A stretch of DNA of 64,000 nt from Candidatus Omnitrophica bacterium UBA6249 (lineage in GTDB: Bacteria > Omnitrophota > Gorgyraeia > Gygaellales > Profunditerraquicolaceae): contig DJVT01000009.1 of the NCBI GenBank assembly GCA_002441305.1, positions 409,210-473,209 of the forward strand, read 5' to 3'. How positions within the stretch are numbered: the stretch's first letter is position 1; every line of letters begins with the position of its first letter. Below, one piece after another: positions 27,801 to 36,306 of the stretch. Position numbers and translations under genes: made by a program. The notes beneath the pieces were generated by a model. The model was not told where the DNA came from. It was given only the letters and a program-made list of their open reading frames with translations, and made no database searches.

Positions 27801-28752
27801 TCCTTCTGACACTGCCAAACTGATCAACCCACTCTATAGCCTGGAATGACTTAAAATCCTCGACATAATTGCCGGCGTCCTCATCCCATTCATTTTCAGG
27901 CACTCCGCCCCGGGCAGACCAGCGCTCGGCCATCCTTTGCAGCGCCGTAGTATAAAGAGAACCTTTATTTACAATCGCATCTTCAACCAATGCCAGGTTC
28001 TGCTTCACGACGCTCTGAATATGGCGCTGTTCATTCAAGTATGCCATCTGCCAAAGGATAAAGGAAATAGTCACAAGAGAGATGCCTATCGGGACAATAG
28101 ACCATTTAGGAAGCAGAAACTTCTCCCCTCCCCGCTCCCCTTTTAAAGCTATGATTATCACCCCCAAAGAAAGCATCAGGAAGCCAAATGAAGTGTGCAT
28201 AGCCATGCGTGTATATATCTCCCAGATATAATTAGTCTCCCCTGGGGAAAAATAACTAAAAAGGGTAAAAGCGGATATGCCGAAGACCACAGAAACCAGC
28301 GTACCTGAAAAAAGGTATCGCATGCGGTAACGCCCCAAAGCCATGTTAATAAGGGACAGGGAAACCAGGAGAAAAGAAAATGAAGTGCTTGGGGACATGC
28401 GCCCGGGATGAAAACTCTTTACCCCGGTAAATCCCTTAATAAATAACTCATCAATCCCCAGGTTAATATTGAATTTATACTGATAAAGCACAAGCGCGGA
28501 AATAAACAAAACCGCCGCCGCCATGGTACCCGACGCGATATTCTTCTTCGCGCATATCAACAAAATGGAGGCGCCCAGCAAAAAAAGGCACAAAGCCGTG
28601 TTGAACTGCATAGGCGCCCAGGAAGGCATGAGCCGGATAACGGATACGTTCTTGAATAACCACCCCACCATGACGAAAAGGCCTAACACGCAGGTCACCA
28701 GGCCAAACGCGGCAGCGACAGGACAAAGAACAAATTTCTTTTTGGATTCCAT
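24892..28752 (-). CDS. Hybrid sensor histidine kinase (multi-TM, periplasmic sensor, PAS, HisKA/HATPase, two REC domains, HPt)
   Basis: 1286 aa. H-box MSHEIRTPMNG, an ATPase G-box (GGTGLGLSI), two receiver domains (LLLLDYHLPEMDG; ILMDMQMPRMDG), and a C-terminal HPt (IAHTVKGAVSNFGA). Confidence 0.9.
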   Translation of the reverse strand: MESKKKFVLCPVAAAFGLVTCVLGLFVMVGWLFKNVSVIRLMPSWAPMQFNTALCLFLLGASILLICAKKNIASGTMAAAVLFISALVLYQYKFNINLGIDELFIKGFTGVKSFHPGRMSPSTSFSFLLVSLSLINMALGRYRMRYLFSGTLVSVVFGISAFTLFSYFSPGETNYIWEIYTRMAMHTSFGFLMLSLGVIIIALKGERGGEKFLLPKWSIVPIGISLVTISFILWQMAYLNEQRHIQSVVKQNLALVEDAIVNKGSLYTTALQRMAERWSARGGVPENEWDEDAGNYVEDFKSFQAIEWVDQFGSVRRIVPYEGNENALGRNLGLEYSRRQAMNTAMEKKEIVFSKTVDLFQGGKGFLGFIPVYRNRQFDGYIAAVFKVDDFIRQVIPEEFFRKNCLDIYEEGRRIFSFCKGGKASEKWHVEGNLNFHNLSWLVNICPTEDFINEGSSPMPLIVLLISLLFALMIMAVVYFTYTLWERSKALASTKDSLEEEIGGRKIIEQNLRNSEARIKAILDTAPNPIITVSAKGAITSFNKAAEKMLGYSEAEILDKPVNILFTDLNTDVLPQQNKLSGNGQFGGEGERIVVSRDNTILPVNLFIGRLESLFILVMHDITGIKQNELELRNARELAESANKTKSEFLANMSHEIRTPMNGVIGMTELLSGTALDEAQRKYVSRIKSSGEALLNIINDILDFSKIEAGQIKLENIPFNIHETLRDIGEDIGFLAADKDLELIWNIALGLPENLTGDPYRLRQILVNLVNNSLKFTSKGEIELKIEPAEIKNEACCVYFSVRDTGTGISKEAQKKIFSPFEQADMSTTRKFGGTGLGLSIVKRFVEMMGGEIWVESPAPVPVLPGAGAGSVFHFRIWFKLDKEFAPKRNKVNIDLDGKRVLIIDDNATNRLVFSQYVKGWNMAPEELESGKDVLDILQEAKRGGKPFSLLLLDYHLPEMDGFEIAGLLKRSGWMKELKVIMLTSGEKKNDRIRATELGIGYFMFKPVTPSELLHGIMQVFDGGAGKGEEPAAHKSSPGDGPGGLKILLAEDNAINKEVASDMLKQLGHEVVIVENGFEALEAAKKGPFDCILMDMQMPRMDGFEATRRIREMEKTGSGHIPIIAMTAHALKGDREKCIEAGTDDYISKPVKMQALSSVLSKVLGGGKVKSPPETFDAEKALSHAGSNNPELLKRIVNIFLLEYPKQVQGLDEALKKNDAAGIRFIAHTVKGAVSNFGAQAAHEAAFALEKIGEGGDLSGAAKSLDNLKTALEKLAFELRKNVIKQ

Positions 28753-28764
28753 ACCTATCTCCTT

Positions 28765-29139
28765 TTAGGCGGTGATCATATCCCGGATCTTTTTTATGAG
28801 CAGGTCCAGGTCGAAAGGCTTGATAAAATATTCATCCGCTCCGTTTTGGATGGCTTTTTCCCTTTCCTGCTGGCTGCTTAAAGAAGAGAGGATGATTATG
28901 GGGATATTTTTGCAATCATCATCGAACTTGAGCATGCGGCACACTTCGAAACCGCTTATCTTGGGGAGCATAAGATCGAGGATGACCAGGTCGGGCTTCT
29001 CCTGCTTGGCCTTATTCAACGCCTCCTCTCCATCGGCTACGGCAACAACCTCAAAATCGTTGATCTCCAGGCGCATAGCCAGCACCTGCTGCGAAACCAA
29101 ATCATCTTCAGCGACCAGTATTTTTTTCATGCCTCCCAT
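28765..29139 (-). CDS. Stand-alone response regulator receiver protein
   Basis: 124 aa with KILVAEDD...LVILDLMLPKISG...K. Confidence 0.9.
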   Translation of the reverse strand: MGGMKKILVAEDDLVSQQVLAMRLEINDFEVVAVADGEEALNKAKQEKPDLVILDLMLPKISGFEVCRMLKFDDDCKNIPIIILSSLSSQQEREKAIQNGADEYFIKPFDLDLLIKKIRDMITA

Positions 29140-29156
29140 AGTGACCTCCCAATAAG

Positions 29157-29354
29157 TTAACTTTCAGGAAACTTGCCTTTTTGCTCGCGTATGAATTTAA
29201 AAGCGCCCGCGTTTTCGGAAGCTAAAACCTGCAGCTTGCTGAGAACCGCCTTATTATCCACAATATTCATCAGGTCGGTATAAATAACGATATTGCTTCT
29301 TAAAACATCTTCCAGCTCTTTAAAATAATTCTTATAGTCCTCGTTAGTAAACAT
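29157..29354 (-). CDS. Hypothetical 65-aa protein
   Basis: ORF in operon context only. No family recognised. Confidence 0.4.
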   Translation of the reverse strand: MFTNEDYKNYFKELEDVLRSNIVIYTDLMNIVDNKAVLSKLQVLASENAGAFKFIREQKGKFPES

Positions 29355-29583
29355 TACCCGCCCCCTCGCTCACTTCTTTTTTTATGCCCTTTAAGATATC
29401 GACATGCTCCCGCTGTTTGACAGCCATCTCCTGGAAACGGTCAAGGATACCGTCGCGCTCCTTCTGCTCCAACCCGCTGAAAAACAAAGCCGATGACACA
29501 TGTCTGTTCAATAAAGGCACGAGCCTTTCCTCCTGCTGGATGAGTTTTTCCACCTGTTTCAAAAGCTTGTCTTTGCCGATCAT
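29344..29583 (-). CDS. Hypothetical 79-aa helical protein
   Basis: The ATG at 29583 overlaps the synthase stop (ATGA). The track start 29682 is over-extended into the synthase gene. Confidence 0.45.
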   Translation of the reverse strand: MIGKDKLLKQVEKLIQQEERLVPLLNRHVSSALFFSGLEQKERDGILDRFQEMAVKQREHVDILKGIKKEVSEGAGNVY

Positions 29584-31418
29584 TTCATAACCTCCTTTAA
29601 CTGCCGCCTTGCAGACTCGGATGCGGTAAGCACGCCAACTGTAGTTTCGAACCCCTTGCGCCAAGCGCTTCGGCCCGACCAAACCACGACGCCTTCGAAA
29701 ACGAAGGAACTGCCGCCCTTCTCCTTGATTTTACACATCAGCTGGGTACCTGCATCAATGCGCTCAGGCAAAAAAACCGTAACGCAGATGCGCCAGGCAG
29801 CCTTATCCGTAACCGGCAGATTTTGCGCGTTGATTATATTATAACTAAAATCCGTTCCCGGGTACAGCCTCTTCCCCCTGATCCTGCCGGGCTCCTCTTC
29901 GCTAAAATAAAAGATGGAAGAAAGCAGCAGAAAATGATATAAAGCCCAGAACCCGTTTACCAGCAAAGCGGGCTCATGTTCGTAAACCAGCCGGTTTACC
30001 GCCCAAACCACAGCGATAAAATTCAACAAGAGCATGGCTATCTGGGGTAATAACCACCCCGGGGAAGGCGTATGCCTGCCGTCTTTGGAAGTGACCTCAA
30101 ATACCACTCTTTTCCCTATTAAGGCAAAAAATGCCGCCCGCATATACACCGGGAATGTCACCGCCGCCAGCAATTGCCCGCTGAACAGGCTATTGCTCCT
30201 GTAGTTACGCAGCCCCAATGCCATATAAAAAACGCTCAAGGAAAGAACAATATAAGGAATAAAGGTAAGGAAATATATGCCCGGCATGGCGAAGAACGAG
30301 GGAACTTTGAAAAGAATGTAAGCAATAGGGCATATCATCAGGGTAAAAAAAGCCGCTCCCGCGAAATAGTAAGAGCTGGAAAGAAAATACTCCCACCATT
30401 GAAAAGGCGAAAGAGAAAAGGGGTTTTTCAGAAAATACCAAAACAGCCTTTTGAACATGGAAAGCGTCCCGGTCGCCCAGCGGAATTGCTATTTAAAATA
30501 CTCCTGCAGGTTCTCCGGCCCCATGCCGAAAGTATAGGTATGAGGATAAAAAAGCGACCGCCACCCTTTTATGTGCAGTTTGACCGAAGTGGCGAAGTCC
30601 TCGGTGACGGATACCTCATCCAACCCTCCAACCTCTTTCAAGGCGGCAAGGCGGAATATGACGTTAGTCCCGCAGCAGAACATCGCGTCGCTTACGCTTT
30701 TGCCTTCGCAGATATATTCGTAAAATACGGACTGCTGGAAGGTGGATGCCTTGGCGACCCTGCTCGCTCCAATGTTGGAATAAAACTGGGGAGTCTGGAT
30801 AAAGGCCAGCTTCCCGTCTCTTTCCATTAATGATACCAGGGTACCCAGGAATTCCGGTAAGGGGTTCTGGTCTGCGTCAAAAAGAACTACATATTTCTGG
30901 GATAACGTCTTAAGGCAGTCATTAATGATCCCCGCTTTTGCTCCGTGACGCGAACCGCTTCTAAACAAAGAGAGGGCCAGCTCTTGGGCCAGCTCTTGGG
31001 CCTCTTTCCTGTATGTTTCTTCGGAGCTGTCGTCAAGAAAAAATACCTGCTTATTCTTATAGTTTAAGGCATTGATGGCCGAAAAAGTAGAGCGCAGCAC
31101 CTCCCGGGGCTCATGCCTTGCCGTTACCAAAACGGCAACCTCAGGCTGCGCGGGCGAGGTCAGGATTTCAGAAGCCCTGCCGGCTTCTTCCCTTTTGTCT
31201 TTTGCGGTAAAAACCTTAAATAGGTTAATAACATAACCCAGCGAATGGATGAGTACAAAAAATTCCCCTGCGATAAGCAGGCAGGCAAATATTCTGTCGA
31301 CCGGAGGGTACCCGTAAGACAAAAAAACCGCTATCCGCACTATAATATAAATCAAAGTGAGGATCGCCGCAAAAATGACGGCAAGATTGACCAATAACCC
31401 CGGCCCCATCCTGTTCAT
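29580..31418 (-). pseudogene. Processive family-2 glycosyltransferase (BcsA-like polysaccharide synthase) interrupted by one in-frame TAG
   Basis: Track ORFs 30489-31418 and 29580-30458 are in the same frame. Reading through the stop gives ..EYFK-TAG-QFRWATGTLSMFKR... The upstream part has 2 TM helices plus the FFLDDSS, LFDADQ and VTEDFA (TED) motifs. The downstream part has 5 TM helices and a C-terminal soluble domain. Confidence 0.75.
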
Positions 31419-31419
31419 A

Positions 31420-33033
31420 TCAGAAATAATACCTCATAGAAGCAGTGATATTCTTGTCTTTATAGACCCCTGAGCTGGATTTCTCAACCGAGCCCCTTAT
31501 GTTAAAGTTAAGCCTTTTGCTGATATCCCAGTTGAATTCCGCGCTGAACTTGTTGCCTATGACATTCTTGGAATCCACCGTAAACTCATAGCTCAAATCA
31601 TAATAAAGATCGTTGGCGCCGAAGAAAATTTCTTCCTTATTCAGGAAATGCCTCCAGTTGGCCTTCAATGAATTGACGGAAAAACCCTTGGGGGAAAAAT
31701 ACTCCGTTTTCTTCTCATCGAAATTACGGTAAAAATACTTGTACCTCAAGCTGAATCTCCTCGGGTCGAGGCTAATCAAGTAAAGCATCTCCATACCGGG
31801 CTCAACTTTATAGTTCCCATCCGAATAACGGGAATAGAGAAATTCTGCCTGTGATTTGAGGCGTTTATTGATATCGAAATCAAACCTTTGCAGATAATTA
31901 TCCGCATAATAGTTGTCACGGATAAGCTGGCTGGTATTCTCGAGCTGTTTGCGCTCAAAGGAGGTAAACGAAGTGACAATATCGGATATCCTGTAACGCA
32001 AGCTCCCGCCAAAAACCTGCAGCGGGTCAATGCCCCGGTTATAAGCGATCACTCCATAATATGCGTCCACGCCCCAATCCGGCGCCCGCAGGTAAGAAAA
32101 CCCGACTTCCGCCTTATTCTCCAGCACATCCGCAAAATCGGAAAACTTCCTGTAACTCAGCCTGTACCCGGCCCTGACATCCAGATTGTAATTACAGGGG
32201 GCGCTGGCGTAAGTAAAAAACGAACTTCTGTTGATGTCCTCCGACCTTGAAGGGCTGTCTGCCTCGAAAAACTCATACCCGGAATCAAGGCGCACGTGCC
32301 GGGAGAGCAATTCCGCCTTCTCCAGGCCCTCCCTGGCCCTGAAGTGCCGGGGGGAAATCCCAAGTATATCTTCATACCGGCCTTCGGCTTCCCTGAACAT
32401 CCCCTGGTAAGAATAGAGCTGGGAGAGGTCAAACATACCCTCCACATTACCGTTATCCTCCTTGATCAATTCATCGTAATTCCGGATAGCCCTGGTTACG
32501 CGGCCATCCCAATAAGCCCGCTTTGCCCTCATCTCCAAATCTATGCCCCGGTCGTAAGAATTTTCCAGCGCCTTCCTGTATTCCTCCAGAGAATCAGAGT
32601 ATTTTCTCTGCCAGCCAAGGATACGCGCCTTTTGCACCCTGGCCCTCTTATCCTCCCCGCGCTCGAGTATTTCATCATAAAGCGCTATGGCGCGGTCATA
32701 CTGTTTATCCCAGGATAAAACGTCCGCCAACTTTCTCTGGACCTCGGTATCGCCTTCCTCATCCAGTATCTGCGCATATAAAGCCGCCGCCTGTTCGAAT
32801 TTTCTTTCATAGGCTGATATATCGGCAAGCAAGACCCTTGCCTGCATATTCCGGGGGTCTTCGCGCAAAATAGCATTACAGGCCTCTCTTGCTTTTTCAT
32901 ACTGGCCGTCGCTTACATAAGCCCGGGATAACAGTAACCTTATATCCTCTTGGCCCTGTTCGCCCTTCGACAATACAGGGGAAAAAAGAAAAAGGAAACA
33001 TAACCCCACGGCAAGACACACCCTGCTCTTCAC
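31420..33033 (-). CDS. TPR-repeat plus C-terminal outer-membrane beta-barrel protein (BcsC/PgaA-like exporter)
   Basis: 537 aa. Signal peptide, N-terminal TPRs, an alternating beta-strand pattern in the C-terminal half, and a terminal ..MRYYF aromatic signature. Confidence 0.7.
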   Translation of the reverse strand: MKSRVCLAVGLCFLFLFSPVLSKGEQGQEDIRLLLSRAYVSDGQYEKAREACNAILREDPRNMQARVLLADISAYERKFEQAAALYAQILDEEGDTEVQRKLADVLSWDKQYDRAIALYDEILERGEDKRARVQKARILGWQRKYSDSLEEYRKALENSYDRGIDLEMRAKRAYWDGRVTRAIRNYDELIKEDNGNVEGMFDLSQLYSYQGMFREAEGRYEDILGISPRHFRAREGLEKAELLSRHVRLDSGYEFFEADSPSRSEDINRSSFFTYASAPCNYNLDVRAGYRLSYRKFSDFADVLENKAEVGFSYLRAPDWGVDAYYGVIAYNRGIDPLQVFGGSLRYRISDIVTSFTSFERKQLENTSQLIRDNYYADNYLQRFDFDINKRLKSQAEFLYSRYSDGNYKVEPGMEMLYLISLDPRRFSLRYKYFYRNFDEKKTEYFSPKGFSVNSLKANWRHFLNKEEIFFGANDLYYDLSYEFTVDSKNVIGNKFSAEFNWDISKRLNFNIRGSVEKSSSGVYKDKNITASMRYYF

Positions 33034-33620
33034 TCTCCCTCCTCTCTTTCCTTTAATAGGCCTTCATATATACCGGCAGCTTCCCTGGGATTGCCGGAAT
33101 ATTGCAGGGCTTTTGCAAGCAGCAACTTGACTTCCCTGTCGGCAGGATACTCCTCTGTCAGCTGGGTTAAAATATCCCTTGCTTTATCAAATTGCCTATT
33201 CCATATATAAACCTGGGCAAGCTCTTTTTTAATTCCGGGGCTATCCGCCGCCCTGTCCAGCTCATTATAAATATTTATCGCCTGCTTATATTCCCCTTCC
33301 CAGGCATAGCTCCGGGCTAAAGCTGTTTTCAGGCTGTCGTCTTCCCGGATGGCTAAAGCTTTTTGCAAAAGCCCTATTGCCCTCTTCGTGTCTCCTGTCC
33401 ACTGGCAAATATACGCTAAATCCACCAATGCGTCTATCCGCCCCGGATCAGCGGCAAGGGCATTTTCGTAGAAAAATACAGCCTTGCCGTATGCGCCTTT
33501 TTCGAAATATCTGCGCCCTGAATAATAATTTATATCTGATTTTTGCGTCTTATGATAAAAGAATGTTACAGATAAGGAGAGAATAACCAAGACAGATATG
33601 AACAGTGCAATTCTTTTCAT
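33030..33620 (-). CDS. Secreted TPR-repeat protein
   Basis: 196 aa with a signal peptide and TPR-like A/Y/G periodicity. 4-nt overlap with the next gene. Confidence 0.7.
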   Translation of the reverse strand: MKRIALFISVLVILSLSVTFFYHKTQKSDINYYSGRRYFEKGAYGKAVFFYENALAADPGRIDALVDLAYICQWTGDTKRAIGLLQKALAIREDDSLKTALARSYAWEGEYKQAINIYNELDRAADSPGIKKELAQVYIWNRQFDKARDILTQLTEEYPADREVKLLLAKALQYSGNPREAAGIYEGLLKEREEGE

Positions 33621-33791
33621 CTGTTTATATACAAGTCAAGTACTGGGTTATAGGAAATGCGATTGCCGCTATCCCGCTTTAAGCATATATTATCTCATAT
33701 AACACATTAAGCTACAACAAGTTATATTTAAAAATAATGCTCTTGCTGCGCCATTGCCTGATATCAGGCGCTAAAATAATTATGCCGTTTA

Positions 33792-34703
33792 TCACAACTG
33801 CCTGGAATATTCGTAAACGCGCAAAGCTACCCTGGCTATAAACCTTTTCGAAGGCCGGCTGGTCGAATTAGAATGCCCGGTCAATACGGTAACGAGGAAA
33901 TCCCCTTTATCGGTAAATACTATCCCTGCGTCATGGCAGACGCTGCGTTCAAGCCCGGTCTTGTGCGCTACGATGGTTTCCTTGGGCAAATACCTGGGAA
34001 TGCGGTCATTCACACGTTGAAGCTTGAGGAAAATCAGGGATTCATCCGATGCCTGTTTATCGACAAGCTTCCCTTCATAGATCAGCTCCAGCATGCAGGC
34101 TATATCCTGCGCAGAAGTGTAGTTTTCAACCCCTTTATCCCTCGAGGCAAAATCGGCTATCCTGCGCGAAATATTCGTATCTTTAAGGCCGAAGCGCCTG
34201 AAGGAATCGTTAAGGTATTTTTCGCCGAGCATGTCGATAAGCATATTCGCTGCGGTATTATCGCTCTCATAGATCATCAAACCGATCAGCTCTTCATTGC
34301 TGAAAGATGTGCCTGGCCTTATTCTTTTCAAGGTCCCCGACCCGGAAGTCTTATCCGAAACCTTCAACAGCGAGGATTCCCCGAGGTCCAGTTTATTCTC
34401 CCTGGCGGCGAGGAAACAAGAACCCATAATCGGTATCTTTACCATGCTGGCTGAAGCAAAAAGTTTCCTGCCGTTATAGGAAAATTCCCGCCCTGTCCCG
34501 AGGTCTTTGATTATGACGGCCGCATCCCCTTTAAAACGGGATATTTCCGATTCTATTTTATGGCGCATCTGCTCCCAGGCCCTCTGCCTTGCGCCTCCCT
34601 GCCCTCCGGGCCGGTTTATGCTCAAATAATAATTCTGCCCAAGATAAAAAAACAGGACAAGCGAAAAGACGGATAAAACCGGAAATAATATTCTTTTATT
34701 CAT
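33792..34703 (-). CDS. Class A beta-lactamase-like serine hydrolase
   Basis: 303 aa with an N-terminal hydrophobic segment and motifs SMVK (SxxK), SDN and KTG. Confidence 0.7.
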   Translation of the reverse strand: MNKRILFPVLSVFSLVLFFYLGQNYYLSINRPGGQGGARQRAWEQMRHKIESEISRFKGDAAVIIKDLGTGREFSYNGRKLFASASMVKIPIMGSCFLAARENKLDLGESSLLKVSDKTSGSGTLKRIRPGTSFSNEELIGLMIYESDNTAANMLIDMLGEKYLNDSFRRFGLKDTNISRRIADFASRDKGVENYTSAQDIACMLELIYEGKLVDKQASDESLIFLKLQRVNDRIPRYLPKETIVAHKTGLERSVCHDAGIVFTDKGDFLVTVLTGHSNSTSRPSKRFIARVALRVYEYSRQL

Positions 34704-34735
34704 CCCCTGAGATTAAAAAACGGCTGTTAAAGATA

Positions 34736-34761
34736 AGCCCCGCACGCCATCGTGCGGGGCT
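34736..34761 (-). terminator. Hairpin terminator after the TM-helix-repeat gene
   Basis: 11-bp GC-rich stem AGCCCCGCACG/CGTGCGGGGCT with a 4-nt loop, followed on the minus strand by UUAUCUUU. Confidence 0.55.
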
Positions 34762-34784
34762 TAAAACAACTGAAAACAACAATA

Positions 34785-35462
34785 TTACTTTTTGCTCGCT
34801 TTATCGATTAAATCGGATACGAATTTTGCCGCTATATCCTTACAGCCGAGCCCGAAGGCCAAAGCGAACCCTAAACCGAGAGAGCCTAAAATAATACCCA
34901 CGGTAAGCTCGGTGATGCGTATGCCGATATTAAGCTGCTCCAAACCCACGAATATCGCGAAGATCATCACCACTACCTCAACCACCTGCCCAAGGAATTT
35001 CCCCTGGATAAGCCCGGCATTATTGGCAGCGGTAGTCACTATATTCTTCAGGGCTGTAGCGGCAAACATACCGACAATCAGCATGAATACCCCGGCTACC
35101 ACGTTGGGAATATACAGCACTATCCTGTTCAGTAAATCCGCGGCTACGGTAAGGCCTATGGCGTTAATTGCCACCATCACCGTAATCAGGATACCGAACC
35201 AATAGCAAATCACTCCTATCAAATCCGAAAGAGAATAAGTAATGCCTCCTTTACCCAGTATTTTGTCTAATTCAATACGGCTGGAAAGCGCATCAAGTCT
35301 TACCACCTTCAGTCCCTTGCTCACTACAGTTTTAAGCAATTTCGACAGCAACCAGCCGATTATCAGGATAACGATAACCAAAAGCACGTTAACCATGAAT
35401 TGGCTGATCTGGGTAAGCACATTCCTGGCTGGCTCAAGTAACACGACTTGCCAACTACTCAT
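34785..35462 (-). CDS. Conserved TM-helix-repeat membrane protein (mechanosensitive-channel-associated type)
   Basis: 225 aa with repeated hydrophobic helices carrying the G/A-rich pattern typical of the TM_helix repeat family. Confidence 0.55.
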   Translation of the reverse strand: MSSWQVVLLEPARNVLTQISQFMVNVLLVIVILIIGWLLSKLLKTVVSKGLKVVRLDALSSRIELDKILGKGGITYSLSDLIGVICYWFGILITVMVAINAIGLTVAADLLNRIVLYIPNVVAGVFMLIVGMFAATALKNIVTTAANNAGLIQGKFLGQVVEVVVMIFAIFVGLEQLNIGIRITELTVGIILGSLGLGFALAFGLGCKDIAAKFVSDLIDKASKK

Positions 35463-35526
35463 AGCTCCCTCCTTTTGTATGTGGATATTTTTTTAACATT
35501 AACACGATTAAGCGGTTATGTCAAGT

Positions 35527-36306
35527 TCAAAAATCGAGTCTCATACCGTCATGGGCGGCAATAACTTCAACCCCCAGGCGCTCAGAGATTCTTTTTGCCT
35601 GGCAAGAAGGGCGCGCCTTGAGCATATCCATGCCAAAATGGGTAAGCACTGCTTTTTTTGGCCTGATCCTGCCTATAAGCTCCGATGCATCCTCCAGGCT
35701 CATATGGTCTATCCCCTGGCGCGCTCGGCGGAAGACAACGGGAAGGATAATTACGTCAGTGCGATAAAAATCCGCCAATCCGTCAAAATAACGCGTATCC
35801 GAAACCAGCCCCACCGTAACCTTGCCCATATTGAATTTCAATCCGTAAGTTTCGCATGGATGTAGATGCCGCGCTGATACAGTAAAAGCAAAATCTCCCG
35901 CCTTGTATTTGCGTCCCGGCTTGATTACCTGCACCCTACCGGGCAGCCTGGCCGCATGCGGGAGTATAACCGGATGATCCCCCAGGCAGTCAGAAGGGCA
36001 AAAAACCGCCCCTTTCCTGCACGACCCCCCGCAGGTCATTGATTCAATCATAATATTTATGTCGTTGGCGTGGTCTAAATGCCGGTGGGTCAGGATAAGC
36101 GCATCCAGTTTTTCCGGGTCCATTTTAGGGAGGCATTCAAGACAACGCACGATGCTTCCCGGCCCGGGGTCAACCAGGACATTGGTATCCCCCAGGCAAA
36201 TCCATATTCCACCCGAAGCGCGCAGCTGCCGGAAGGTGACAAAACGCGCTCCTGCCGTCCCCAGGAATTTTATAAACATGGACTTGTTTTTATTCACTCC
36301 AGCCAT
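35527..36306 (-). CDS. MBL-fold metallo-hydrolase
   Basis: 259 aa with the THRHLDH (HxHxDH) motif. The start is uncertain; an ATG at 36279 is also possible. Confidence 0.8.
   Translation of the reverse strand: MAGVNKNKSMFIKFLGTAGARFVTFRQLRASGGIWICLGDTNVLVDPGPGSIVRCLECLPKMDPEKLDALILTHRHLDHANDINIMIESMTCGGSCRKGAVFCPSDCLGDHPVILPHAARLPGRVQVIKPGRKYKAGDFAFTVSARHLHPCETYGLKFNMGKVTVGLVSDTRYFDGLADFYRTDVIILPVVFRRARQGIDHMSLEDASELIGRIRPKKAVLTHFGMDMLKARPSCQAKRISERLGVEVIAAHDGMRLDF

Noticed and set aside
29580-29900. The C-terminal soluble domain of the GT2 synthase, considered as a canonical c-di-GMP-binding PilZ domain.
   Set aside because: I could not find RxxxR followed by D/NxSxxG; only GRIRGKR and IDAGTQ are present. 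A PilZ-like fold remains possible, but canonical c-di-GMP binding is not supported by the sequence.
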